Below are positions 24,849-37,963 of a stretch of 64,000 bases of DNA, piece after piece. How positions within the stretch are numbered: position 1 is the stretch's first letter; every line of letters starts with the position of its first letter. The stretch is from Neoechinorhynchus agilis (Eukaryota; Animalia; Acanthocephala). The notes beneath the pieces were generated by a model, which was given only the letters and a program-made list of their open reading frames with translations, had not been told where the DNA came from and did not search any database. The stretch lies in contig CM121342.1 in assembly GCA_051530055.1 (NCBI GenBank), positions 12,353,480-12,417,479 on the forward strand, read 5' to 3'. The position numbers and the translations under genes were made by a program.

Positions 24849-26708
24849 TCATTCACACCATCGCTCTGGATCACTCAGCTGCCGTCCTGGTGTAACGGTC
24901 CAAAGGACGGATGCAGCGTTCCCCTGTTGCACAGCCAGGCTTATGTTTTGTAGGAGGAATGCTCCTGTCCTCGGATTGCCAGTGATTCGTCTCAATCTCT
25001 TAGACAATTGCTTCACAACCAGGTCCTGCGCCGCGGTACCAAACGACCCGAGTGTCTCGTCGCCAAAGGTTCCACGATCGCTCCGCAGCGGCAGCGATGG
25101 GATGTGCAAATCGATACCCCAAGTCTCAGGGACACTGCAATTCTTACTGTCTCATCGAAGAGAAGGGTGCCCACAGGAGCGATTGGGATAGCGTTGAGCC
25201 AAGCACCCGATTCTCTGAGACCGCCGCCAATCGAGTTCGGTTCAGCAGATCACGAGAATCTGAAATTAAAGAGTAATGAATTCTCGCTACCAGGGGTGAA
25301 TCGCAAACTGATTGTTTGCAACCATTGACGGATACTTGCTCGCTGCCTGAATCTTCACATCAAAGATTAAGGGCCTCCACGAAATCTTCATCCAATGTGT
25401 AATTCTCTTCAAAAAAAGATTGAACTATTTCGCGGCTTGTTTCATGCGATCCCAAATAAGCTGGCAGAGAAATATCAGCTGCTTTTCGGATACCCAAACC
25501 GCCGGACGACACCATAAGGACGCTTGACGCCAGGCCTCGTTTGACAGCTGAGTATTTAAAATTTTCCCGAAAGAGGCTTTCACCGTCTCGTCTAATTTTG
25601 AAAGCTTATTCTTATGTCTAAAAAAGGTGCTGTGCGCAGCTTATACAGCAATTTTGGAATGAAGAGGGTGTTCGTGATCAGGAACAGAGCCTCATGAGAA
25701 GATAATTCATCAACTCGTTCGCACAGCACCGAAAGTTGCGGTTGAAGATTGGCAATCTCTGCTTCAACATTAGAACCAAAAATGCAGCTTCCTAGAAGAC
25801 TTAACCGGTCTAGAGTGGTCAATTTATCCCGGGGGCCAGATTCTGAAAATCTTTCGTGATAATTTGTCTGGACGCCTCATCGTCCACGTTCATCACTAAA
25901 ATCTCGCATTTCGCAGCATTCCATGCAAATTTTCGCCGTCTCCTTCACGAGTATCTCCAAATCGCGCAGTACTACAGTGGGCTTACCTCTGAGCGTGGCA
26001 TCATCCAGGTACCAGTCGTTAAAGCTGGACTGGATGGAGTGCGCGACGGAACTGACAGAGTGAGAAGGCTATTGGGCCAAAAGCATCCTCTTGTTGAAAT
26101 CCTCTTTCTGACCACAAAACGTGATTATTGAACAACAAGGGTGTTGGAGTCCCATAGGCATTAACGAAATAGCGAAATGCTTCTGGTGCGTGATCTCTAA
26201 CTACGTCGAACAAATCTGCTCGGTGAACTGTGTTGAATGCATTTTTGAAATCACATTTCAAGATCACGCACGGCTTTGAATTTCCGGTGATTAAAGTGCG
26301 TTGCGAATGAACGATCGCCTCTGCGCCACAAGGTGTAAAGCAGCCTAACTGAGTAGGGCGAAGCAGTATCCCTACTTTTTCCGCGATCTTTTTTTATAAA
26401 ATTTGTGCTGTTAAGCGGCTCAGAGTTGTTCCAATTGCAACGGGATGAGGTCGGAGCAAGTCAAGCCCGTGAGCTGATCCGTTAGCAAAAGAAGAAATTG
26501 CCACCTTCAATTCTGATTTCGATGATAAAACATAAGGGATCGTACCGATGGAGGAGGATTTCACGAAATGCTGCCGACCGCCGTCACTCGGATTTTTAGA
26601 ACGAAGAGTTCGTAAAGTTTCTTCGTTATTTTTGGCGACTTGCTCCTGTGACATCTCCGTCTGCGAGCTACAAAGAACGCTTTTGGTGGTGGTCACGCTC
26701 CTGTACAC
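24849..26708 (-). mobile_element. Degenerate CRE-clade (RLE-type) non-LTR retrotransposon
   Basis: PVAIGTTLSRL; LKCDFKNAFN...SERGFQQEDAFGPIAFSL; C-terminal ETLGSFG...FLLQNISLAVQQGNAASV. Confidence 0.85.
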
Positions 26709-26759
26709 ACTAATTACGTATAGAATATATATTTGCCATTGTTAAATTGATATTTGGCG

Positions 26760-27910
26760 TAATTAAAGAATTATAGATTAATTTAATTAATTTTCGGCCT
26801 GAGCCTGGGCCTTCTTCAGATATCTAAAACACGTCATTTTACAAACATTTGTCATTTAGGACGTATATCAGGTGGAAGGCGCAGGTGGAGTTTGTAATCC
26901 GCCTTATTGTGCGTAAATGTACGCGTTGTTTGTATTAAAATGGCCTCCATCGTTGTTCTGTCTCTACGGTTGTTACACTTTGCTAGAATCTTAGTGCATC
27001 AAAATTGATCTGATGATCATTTTCAATCACGCGGTGTACAATCGCTGCGATGTTCTTTGAGCCGTCTCCTTATATTGTTCGTTTGTCCTACATACGATTG
27101 ATCACAGTCCATGCAGGGGATCCTATAGACACACTCGTTTATATTGTCCACTCTTTTAGGTTGTAACAAATTATATAGTGTTTGTCCCCTTTTGGAATAC
27201 ATAATACATTCCTTCTTCATATCGAGTTGTTTGATCAATGTTTCTATATTGGAATTCCACCTATCATTTATGAAAGGAATTTCTATATATCGTGTCTGCA
27301 TTCGTTGAGGATCCGATATTCCGATTTTTTGTAGGTTCCCTTCCGATCACTTGTTGAGCATCTTTCAATGTTCTTAACATTAATTTCTTTGGATAGCCAC
27401 CACTTTTAAATATATTCCATAATCGATCGAGTTCGTTATTGAGGCAATTCAAGTTCGAGCTACATCGGTATGCTCTGATGACTAGTGATCGGACTGCGCA
27501 AAATTTTCTAATTTTGAGTTCGAAGGACAGAACTATGATCAAATTAATGGGTTGGTAATGGGAAGCCCACTTTCGCCAGTTCTTGCTGAACTTTACATGA
27601 GACATTGGGAGGAATCAAATTTGACCAAGTTAAGAGCCATACAATTCTGGTGTCGATATGTAGACGACACCTTTATCATATTGGACCAAGACAGATGCAC
27701 AGCTGTCCAACTTCAACAGGAACTAAATGAAAAAGATTCCCATATTCAATGGACATGCGAAAAAGAAGATTGTGGTTTTTTACCATTTCTCGATGTACAA
27801 GTCAAAAGGAAGTATGATAACACTTTCTCTACCTCGGTCTATATCAAACAGGGTGTCCCGCATCGAATAGTATCTTGGATCTCAGCTCAACCACACAAAT
27901 ACAAATTATC
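26760..27910 (-). mobile_element. 5'-truncated, 5'-inverted Penelope-like element (GIY-YIG and thumb on -, RT core on +)
   Basis: VYRIPCMDCDQSYVGQT...RRRLKEH; AVRSLVIRAYRC...GGYP; plus strand GLVMGSPLSPVLAELYM...RYVDD...LPFLDV. Confidence 0.88.
26774..26826 (-). ncRNA. Hammerhead ribozyme-like motif at a PLE 3' end
   Basis: TAGATAT-CTGAAGA-AGGCC-CAGGCTCA-GGCC-GAA-AATT..AATT-A-ATCTA; stem I is imperfect. Confidence 0.55.
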
Positions 27911-28449
27911 GAGCAGATCGTGTGGGGGATTTAACGTGAGAAAAGTTACTTTTCCGGAAAAATCATCAAATAGAATATCTAGTCTTTTAATCATAGTACT
28001 GAATAATTTTTCTTTTCAGCGCCGTTGAAGACAAATATGGTATGAAATTTATTGGAAAATGTGCTTTTGATGTCGGTGATTATAATTGTTTTGAACAAGG
28101 TGATTAGTGAAACAAAATGTTTTAAAAGGGATGAGGGGGGTGTGATTATTTTTAAGATTTTTCTTCGGTATTCTAATGAGGCAATCCTCCTCTGGAGTGG
28201 GTCTTTTTATGTATTGGATAAGTGATGAAAACGAGGAAGGGATGAACACAGAAACAAGTACAAGGAGGGGGATGAACAGCCTGTTACTCCCAGAACTATG
28301 ACAGGATCGATATTAATTACCTGCTCGATAACCGGGGGTTTAACATCCCCGTATTCAGGGATCCAGCTTTATTGGATCTAAGCTATAGCTTTTTGGCTAT
28401 TTTTCTTATTTATATGATCAATTCTATGTTCGACTTATGTGTACGGATT

Positions 28450-31400
28450 TTAGCTTGATTTCATTAGACTAGAATTTTTAACATTTATAATCAATACGGC
28501 GTTCGTTGCGAATATAGTAGAATACGCAATACTTTTAAATGGGTTTCGCGTCAACCAGTCAATGTTTTCGCAACCACCTAGTGTTGCGACGGAGGATGGC
28601 ATACGGCAATCCAACTCACTGAAAATTAAGGTACCTCCGGACATACGGAGGCACCTTCTCAGTGATCGTTCAGAGGGTGACATACGGCCACCCACAAAGC
28701 TTCAAACTTCATCTTCAATAGGTGATACACACAAAATTATATACTTCGATCGGCCCGTTAAAAAGGACGATTACGTAACCAAAATATCTGCGATTCCAAT
28801 CGCATCAAAGGAAGCCACATGGGGATGTTTCCTCAAACCATGGCTGAACACAAAGAAGGATAGTATACTAAGAATCAGATCAACTTCATTCTGAAATGGT
28901 ACTTTAAAAATTGTCTTCGTCAACAAAACTGAAATGGACGACTTCGAATCCTTTGTGAAGGGTCGGCACGACGAAAATTTTTTCAACATTCAATCCTTCA
29001 GAAACAAAGCAACTTTCATTGCTCACAACATTGGGAGTTTATCTTCACCTGATACGATTCAAGACTATGAGAAACAATTTCACCTGAAGTTTAAATTTTT
29101 CTTCAAATCCAGGAAGACGGGAAAGGCAATTCCAGTGGGAATAGTTAAAACCGACATGGATCAAATGGAAACTCTTTGCTTCCGCAAATGGATATTCCAG
29201 CGTATGGAAATCACATTCACAAAGGACTCCAATACAGATTCGAATCTCATATACCCACAATGCAACATATGCCTACAGTGGGGGTACTGGAATCAAAACT
29301 GTCCCAATAGAACCCAAAAATGTTCCTTCTGTGCTGAGGATCACCATATGTCTTCTTGCACCAATAAGACGAGCAAATGTGTCAATTGTGGTGGATCTCA
29401 CCGAAGCTATTACAAAGGATGTCCATGTCTTAAAGCCTACGTGGATGCATGGAAAAAATACTCAGAAATGAAAAGAAATCCGAACATTTTAAGGACCACC
29501 CCTTCAGCAATCTCCCATCAGACGAGTCCCAACCCGTCTGTAATGAAGAGAAGTTATGCCAAAAGATTTTCGATAAAGTTCTACATGATGTCACTCATCG
29601 TATATCTTTACTTTTCAATAATCTACAGAATCAATTCGCTCAACAAATACAAAATTTACTAGCAATCACGATTCCGGACGCCGTTATAAATTCGGCACCG
29701 CTTAACGATAACCGAACAACGTGAGATTTGAATAAGGTCAGTAGTAACCCGCCTGTTACAACCAATCCATACAGGGGTAAAAGACTACCAACGAAAGCTA
29801 CTAAAGCGGGCGGTAAAAATTCACGCCGCTCGACCAATATAGGAAACAACAAACTCATCACTAGCGACTCTGACGTTGTGGTGGATGTTGTAGAATGACA
29901 ATGAGTGCGTCCTCGCCAACGCCGTTTAACTTACACTGCTTACAATGGAATTCGGGTGGAGCCGCGGCTCTAAACAGGTTTGATATTTTTACTTACATCA
30001 CAGAAGATATCATTTGTATAAAAGAGGGTTTTCACTAAATTACGATGTCTTCCCGACATTCCCCTTAAATGCACATTCTAGTGGTCTCTTAACAATCTTT
30101 AAAAAACATCTTTCAGCGTCGCTGATCCAAAATTACATCAGCGAAAATCTATCTTTTGCAATCTTTAAAATTCATGCCAACGGAAAGGAATTTATGCTGC
30201 TTGGCAACATTTACGTACGTCCTAAGTTTATTCATAAGAAAGATACGGAGGATATCATTAGCAACCTTCTAAGTCTGGGCAACATCATTTTATTTGGTGA
30301 TTTTAACGACCCTACAGGAAAATGGACGAAAGCTATAGCAAATAGAGAGGGCTCTCACGTATTTTTAACACCCACCCAACCCACATTTCACAGGATATCG
30401 AGTAATGTTCATTCTTGGTTGGATGGATGCTATGCCCCATCCAACCGTCAGGAAAGCATTACAGTTGTAAAACAGTGCGCTTTATCGGAAGTATTATGCT
30501 TTCATGATCTGATAACATGGCGACAAGTCATTAAGTCGTAGCTTTTTTCAATTTCGCCATTAAATGTCCTCTTTACAAATTTCTGAATTTCCAGGACTGG
30601 AATTCTTTACTTTTTAATTTCTCAAACAAATTTCTATCTATCCCCAATCATTTTTCAAGAGGAGTAGTTACCTCCAACTATCTTAGATACCGTGCATCCC
30701 AAATTAAAAAAGCTAACTTGCATCAGGATGCCCATTGCAAAAGTTTTGGTCCAACAAATACTGGGCTTGCAATTATAATCTGCATTTGCAACAACATCGT
30801 AGAGTAATGAAGAATCTTTCCTCCTCTACGAAATCCTTTTGGCGGGTTTTGAAGAATTCAAAATTTATCAAATGGAAGGACAAAGCTTCAAGATGGATCA
30901 GGTCTTCATCGTATAAGGTGGTTTTAGACGATATTATTGACAAACTCTCTTTTGGAGCACCAAATGTTTTACCTACAAATGATTGGTTAACCCTCCCACT
31001 ACTGCGATCATTAAATGAAGGAGACTTACAGATGGATGATATTTTAAAAGCCTGGAGAAGTATGATAAAGATGTCATCGAATAATGTCTGTGCACTTAGT
31101 AAATGCCTAAGATACGTAGAACCTTCAATCCGACCTTTAATCGTTTCTTGTATGCTTGAAGCATCCAGAGAAGATTGGTTAGGTATTAATCTGACATGGA
31201 GAATTCTTCTCGTAAAAGCGAAAAAGAAGGCGGTCAATTCCTCTTTAGATCTCAGAATAATTTCCATTCAAAACGACCTAGTATCCCTTTATGAGAAAGC
31301 TATTGCCACCCGTTTGATGGAATTCTGCATTGAAAAGGATATTATCAACCAAAACTGTCATGGGTTTTACCAAGGGAGATCCGTAACTTCTGCAACGAGA

Positions 31401-32360
31401 GCTATCTATGACTCCCTATATCAAAATTTTAGGTATCGCTGCCTCATTTCATTCGATCTCACCGCAGCGTATGACAACATTGATCTGCAATTTTTAATGC
31501 ACTACATGGTCCTTCTCAACTTCCCACAGGATATTGTAGTTCGTATCAGAGATATTCTAGCCACCAAGTCCTTTTATTTTGATGACGACGAGGATCATAA
31601 AATCTTCTATCCTAAAAAAGGTTTACCACAGGGCTCCCCTCTATCCCCTATTTTATTTCTAATAGCTATGCAATTTGTAGCCAAATTTTATAAGGACGGT
31701 GTTAACATTTTTATATACGCTGACGATATAAGTGCAGTTTTATTTACCAATAACCCCTGGGAATTACCTATATTACTGAAGGAATTGTTAGCTTTTATCA
31801 ATAGGAATGCAGCACATATGGGCATCGGGCTGAACCCTAACAAAACCAATATTATGGCTGTAACTGGCATCAATTATGTAAATAAGAAACTTAATTTAAT
31901 AATTAAAAATCAATTTTTACGTATTTTAGATCGAACCAACAACGTTGGTAATTTACATTTTAATAAAATTAAAATTTTAGGTTACAATTTTAACGCAAAA
32001 TTGAATGAAAATTTAGACATGAAACATTTTAAAAGAATTTTAATAACTGCCAAACGTTACTGCACAAGAGCGTTGAGACTGCAACTGAGCTATAAAAAAC
32101 AATATTTTATCTGGAAAACATGGGCAATATCTGCCGTAACCTTTTTTAGTCGCGGTCCTCCACCCGAACAGCGACCCATATTCGGCGAGGTCCTGCTACA
32201 AAACGCGTCATTCGTAAGACAAAAAGAGAAGATGGAATTGGTAAAAAGGATAAATTACTGGCTACAACTATAAAAAATTAACAAATAACTAAGTCTCCAT
32301 AATTGATAAGTTGAGCGCTATCACGTGTGTGTTTGTAATATATATTTATTTATTATTATT
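28450..32360 (+). mobile_element. Near full-length APE-RT LINE (I/Jockey-like), frameshifted
   Basis: ORF1 with knuckles CNICLQWGY, CSFCAEDHHMSSC and CVNCGGSH. APE CLQWNSGG...GNIYVRP...GDFN. RT 30735-32273 has FDLTAAYD, GLPQGSPLSP and YADD. Confidence 0.9.
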
Positions 32361-32406
32361 TAAATGGGCTTTTAAACTCTGCTGAGCATTCGGTTTACTT
32401 TGAGAT

Positions 32407-34076
32407 ATGTCCATTAAGCGCAACACAGAGGTAATTGAGAACGTATTTTGGAATGAGGAATCCGGTTATATCACATTTCTGGATGATAAGCTATTCTGGC
32501 AGTCAAATGATGGCGATTACTCCGAGGAGTTCGTTATTTCCGCTAACAACATGCTCAGTGTCAGGGTTACTTCGGATGATAAACTCGTGCAGCAGATAGC
32601 CATCAAACGGCGCAATGAAAACGACGAAGTATTCTTAAGAGTCGGTAGCGATGAACCGATCGGAGAGATAATAGAAAAAAGGAATCAAATCGTTAGTGGA
32701 ATAAAGGCTGCCATAAAACGAAGATCCAGTTGTCCGTTAGCAGCTGCAAATCAAAAGATTCGAGCACGGTGAGCGTCCAACTTTTCGAGCATCGAAAGTG
32801 TTTTTCTTTGTTTTTTCGAAATAGAATTCTCGCTACAAATAAGTCACTTGCGATTCTGTTCAATCAATTGGTCGTTGGTGGCATCATTAGTAACCAACAA
32901 TTCTGGATGGAGTACATTGACGTGAGTCTGAAATTTCTTTTGTTTTGTATATTTGGAATTTAGAATCTCCTAGGAAACTTCAATTCAACTAATTAAGAAT
33001 GTTCAGCAACAGACATTGCCAACTGGTCTTATTACACCTCTCAAGGTTTCGGTATCTAAAGACGGAAAGACGGTCGTTGATTTACCTCCTGAGTTGATCA
33101 CAACAATCTTTCATTTGAATCCGAGTGTCCGAGAAAAATACCTAGAATGTGTTCCAGGAAAGATGAGTGACAATCGTTTCTGGGCGGACTATATGAAATG
33201 TCTCCTTGCCGGCGACGCTGACCCTCATGATGCACTGCTATTTCAAATGGGAGATGCGAGAATGGCAATACTTGAAGCAATTGAAGAAAACGAGGATGTA
33301 ATTGAAGAAATTAGGCGGAAAATGCTTGGTCCAGAAGACCATCAAAAGGTAAGTTTTTGACTCGATTTAACTGAAATTTTATTCGTTACACATTGTGATG
33401 TTTGACTGTTTAGACGACTGAGAAGAAAAAGGAGACATCCATATCTCAACTAATGAATCTTCATTCAATTAGGATGCTGCGAAATGTAGCCCCTTGCCCC
33501 AAGTATGTCGGGAAAACCCCGTCTAAAGAGTCTACTGAACTTGAGCCAAAACAAGAAAAAGTCGAATGGAGTGCACATGTTCGACATATCCTTCCATCTT
33601 TTGAAAATCAAGATGATATCAGTGTTCACTTTGCGAGTACATGCTCTGCCCGAATCGATGAGGATTTCTTTGATTCTGGTGACAGAGGGCACGGCATGAA
33701 CACAGTTAAATCCGCCAGTACTACCGTTGCCAAATGGTACCGTCAGATGCAAGAGAAGAAGAGGAGCCACAAGGAGAAGAATATCTTTGAACTGGATCCT
33801 CAAGTGAACCAAGCTGTCATATCGGCAAACGAGATGCTCTCGCATTTCTGGAAATGCTTTCCAGTGACCAACAGCGCATTGGGCAATAAGCTAGTGAGCT
33901 TTGGGATGCAGCTAAAGAAGTTTAGAGACAAGCGGGTGTCGGTTTTGTTGGCGAAAGTTAGCGAGGAATGTGACATTGCTGCCTTAACGCAATCCCGCGA
34001 AATGCTGGACTTCGGTATCGAGGCATTTAAACGCTATATGAGCACTATTGGACAGATTGGCGATTTTAGTCAATGA
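32407..34076 (+). CDS. GTF2H1: TFIIH subunit p62, 4 exons, GT-AG introns
   Basis: PH-like N-terminus, two BSD-like segments (LVVGGIISNQQFW; TIFHLNPSVREKYLECVPGKMSDNRFW) and C-terminal EMLSHFWKCFP. Confidence 0.85.
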
Positions 34077-34676
34077 CCTAATCCATATTTCGTTCCCATT
34101 TACCTCTGTTAATAAATGAGGTCGCTGTAGAATGTTCAACCATTAAGATTCCACTTTTTTCTTTTTCCATTATTATCGACAACATTTAAAATTGGGTTTG
34201 TTTATCATTTAAATTGATTGCATTACATGAGAACACTTTAAGAATCAATGTAGTCTTACCTTTAAAACTAAAATTAAAACTGTTGATTCCATTTCGGGGC
34301 ATAACATGCTTTCCGCATTCTTTATTCCAGTCAATGATTTTCGTTTTTTACATCTTTTCTATTTTCTTAAATACGTTAAGTAAAATTTTTATTTTCTCGG
34401 TCATTGCGAACTCACTTTCAATTGAGTGGTACAAATTTAAAATACTAAGTAGAGAAAGCAATCACCTTTTAGAACTTTATTGTTTTTGGGCCTAGAGGAA
34501 TTTTTTAATAAATTCTACAAAAAAAGTATATGTCATTTGCCATTAATTCTAAGCATTGCTCGGTCTTTTCGTGGCAGGAGGGCAAATGCCTTTTCTGGGA
34601 CGCAACGTGTGTGGACACCCTCGCGAGCAGTTTGGATTTTATTCGCCGATTATGATCAAAAGACGACTTTTGTTTG

Positions 34677-34766
34677 TAATTATAAGCAAATATGGCAGGC
34701 TAAAGCGTGTGTCTTAAATTCGTATTCAAGACACACGCTTTAGCCTGCCATATTTGCTTATAATTA
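34677..34766. repeat. Perfect 39-bp-arm hairpin with 12-nt loop
   Basis: taattataagcaaatatggcaggctaaagcgtgtgtctt and its exact reverse complement. Confidence 0.95.
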
Positions 34767-35387
34767 GAAACGATACGAACATATAGAGATTTAGCGAGGG
34801 CCCACTATTTTGTCCCCTTCGGAGTATAGACGTATGGAGCGCTTGGCAGGTCGGCACTCACTCTGCTCTAGACCGGCGACACACCAGCAGGTGTATTCCT
34901 GCGACAAAATATCTCGCTCCCAGTACAACGAGGCAATGCTGCTAGCGTGATAGCGACAACCGAGGAAGGAGAGAAGCTCCAATTTTGCGGACGGTGGTGA
35001 TTGCACGTTTTGTACTTTCTTATGTTATGATTAAATTTTTTTTGGAAAACTCGGGAATCGCACGTGAAATCGCCAATGGTTTTTTTCGAGTTCCAAAATC
35101 AGAAAGCATTATAATGCCCACGCAACCGAGATTTTCATGATGACCCAAAATGTCTTTTGCTTTATCTAATGTTTCGGTAACTTAACTGAGATTGACGACC
35201 TCAGTTAATTTTTTCATTGAAATATTTCATTCGTTTGAATTTAACTGACCTGTAAATATATTTATCTTGAATATCACTTTACGTTGGTCAATAATTTAGA
35301 ATTTTCTAAAGTGAATAGTCACTTGCCATCAGTTCTTAAAAATCCATTGATTTTTTGGAAAACGTAAAGCTGAACTTTAAAACTTTT

Positions 35388-35455
35388 GCTTTAGTACTGC
35401 GGTGAATGCTGCCACCTTTCAACGGAAATCGGGGTTCGATTCCCCTACACCGGGG
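35388..35455 (+). pseudogene. tRNA-like remnant (pseudo-tRNA or SINE head)
   Basis: T-arm GGGG-TTCGATT-CCCC (B box); no convincing acceptor or anticodon stems. Confidence 0.35.
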
Positions 35456-36764
35456 TCTGGCCTTTAAGAGAAGTTCATTAGTCGGCAGTTGTCTTCGATC
35501 TAAACATTGATTCAATTCCGCTTAGTAAATCTGTTGCACTTTTTACAAAGAAAAGTTTCAGATACAACATTTTTAGAGTACGGAAAGTTTTTGATAGCGA
35601 ATTATAATACTTCTTTCAAACAACAGATTGAAGAAGGCCTACACAAAGGCCGAAAATTATCAAATAACCAATTAAATTATTATAATTCGCTATCAAAAAG
35701 TAAATGATGAACACCTTTACAGTACGGAAAGTTTTGTCAGCGTTGTGCAAATAATTTTATTGTTGATTTAGTGAAAAAAGATCGAGTCAAGGTTTTATTA
35801 TACATTTTAGCGGAATATATAACCCCAGAATATCTCTTACATTTTCGTTTAAAATTTTGGAAAATCGTCCGAAAAGGTATGGATCACTGGCAGCGAATTT
35901 TTGTGTTAAAACCGACTGACTGCTGCATTAGCTGGGAATCGTAACCGCGGGAAATGTACAATTGAAGCACCAATGCTTTGGAGTCGTCATCTCAGAGAAA
36001 ATTACGCATTCACTATATTGTACTACATTTGAAATTATTGTTTAGGTCTACACCCGGTAAATGATTACTTATTAAAGACGTTTCGAACCTCGTCGGATTC
36101 ATAATCAGTTTGTTTGTTTGTGCGTCTATTACTAACAAACATATTCGCGTGCTTAATGAAAATCATGGTAATTCAACGGATGTCTGGGACTTTTTTCCAA
36201 TCTTAGATTTATGATTTTAACTTTTTAATGCATGCAATGAAACCTTCGTTTTTAAGATATTATATTTTCTGCAGTCATTTGCTAATATAAAGTTTTAAAA
36301 TTTCTGCGTACTTGCAAAAATTCATCATAGTGCAACGGATGTCTGAGGCTTTTTCCTTATCTTAAATGCTTTCTGCGCCATTTTTCATACAAGGCTTAGA
36401 AAAATAGTTAGTTCCAAGAACTCAAGTTTTGTTTTCTAATATCGAAGTCGATGATGAATTTTAAGGATATTCGCGTTCTCGCTGAAAATGCATGATGCCG
36501 CACTAGATGTCTAAAGCATTTGAGCAGTCTTCAAAAAATTTTGCATATATTTCAAATTTACGTTCCTGGATTATAGATTTTATTTTTAAGTCGAATTCAA
36601 AAACCATGTTTACTTGTATTCTCGTATCAATGTAATCATGTAAACGTTTCAAAGTCTAACAACATTTTGTGCTCTATTTTGATCGTGATGCGATCGCTAT
36701 CTCTTCGAGCTCACTTGAACGACATCGTTTTCATCGTCTCCGTTCGACGTCGAAGAAATTCTCA

Positions 36765-37963
36765 ATGATCGTTAATTTCATTGCATTCTTATCACTCGGA
36801 AATACTTACGGTTACAGGTGGTACTACGACCGAGCCAATTATACTCTCTTCCGTTCAAACAAAAGTGTAGATCTTACTAAGCCCAGATTTCAAGCTGTCA
36901 ATTGTGACGAAGTTGAATTTGGTCGTAATCGAACTCTTGTAAGACTTATCAAATTTAGTGAATCGAACAAAACGTACCAGGGTTGCACTAAGAAAACTGG
37001 AAAGTGCAAGGAACATGCACATTTCGACGAAGAACTTAAACTAAGGATAAATACACCTCCTTGCTGTCGGCACAATCTTATTTTAACTTATTACGACGTG
37101 CTGGATGTTCTTGAAAATTTTAACTTTTCTTACAGTCTTTACGGTGGCAGTGTATTAGGTGCGTATCGAGACAACGGGCACATTACGATTGGTGATTTCT
37201 TCATATTTTTATAACGTATGGGAATTGCCCTTAATTTAATCTCTTTTTTATAACTTTGTAATAATTTTCTTTTATAGGATCGGGTTCCGATGACAATTGC
37301 TGATTTTCTAGCAATTTGCATTACTTTTTATAGCAATCGTTAAACTAAAACCTGTATTTATCTTAAAAGCGTCTCCTGTCTTAAATGAAAGATTTTCGCT
37401 TTTTTCACATTTATTCGTATTTTCGGTCTAGCGAAAAAATATTACAGTGAACGCTGACATTTTGTTCATTCGTGCATTGTCATTGTATTAGCATTTTAAT
37501 ATTCCCACTTTAATTGATCGTTTGCCTTTATTATCTCAAAGCCAATGAAGAAATCATTTGTATTCCATACGACGACGATATAGATTTTATTGTGAACTCA
37601 ACTGAATACGATCGGTTCATGGCAGAAGCCAAACCAATTCTTGAGCAAGAAAAGAGTCGAAAACTTCAAGATGTAAGAGCAAGAAAGCAAACTCATATTC
37701 AAGTCAGCGATAAGAATAAACTGTCAGTTGATATCTTTTGGTTCATCGACAATGGCACTTCAATTGATATTCAGTTCAATTTGCTTAAGTTCGACAAGAA
37801 GATGCTTTTTCCGACCAAACCGATTGTTTTTGAGAACAGGTCGCCACAAGGCCCATCAAAGGTGAAGGAACTTATGGGAAGACTTTATAAAAACTGGCAG
37901 TATCCTTTGGATTGCAGTATTAGAAAAGGTCATAATTGCATTGGGAAACCCATGGCCTTTTGA
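36765..37963 (+). CDS. LicD/fukutin-family phosphotransferase, interrupted once
   Basis: Hydrophobic N-terminus, LYGGSVLGAYRDNGH(I)|IPYDDDIDF, VDIFWF and F..PTKPIVFE. Confidence 0.85.
37185..37564 (+). other. Candidate non-canonical intron in LicD gene (377 or 380 nt)
   Basis: Flanked by ATT/ATT or TA/TA repeats; 12-bp inverted ends TGATTTCTTCAT/ATGAAGAAATCA. Confidence 0.65.
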
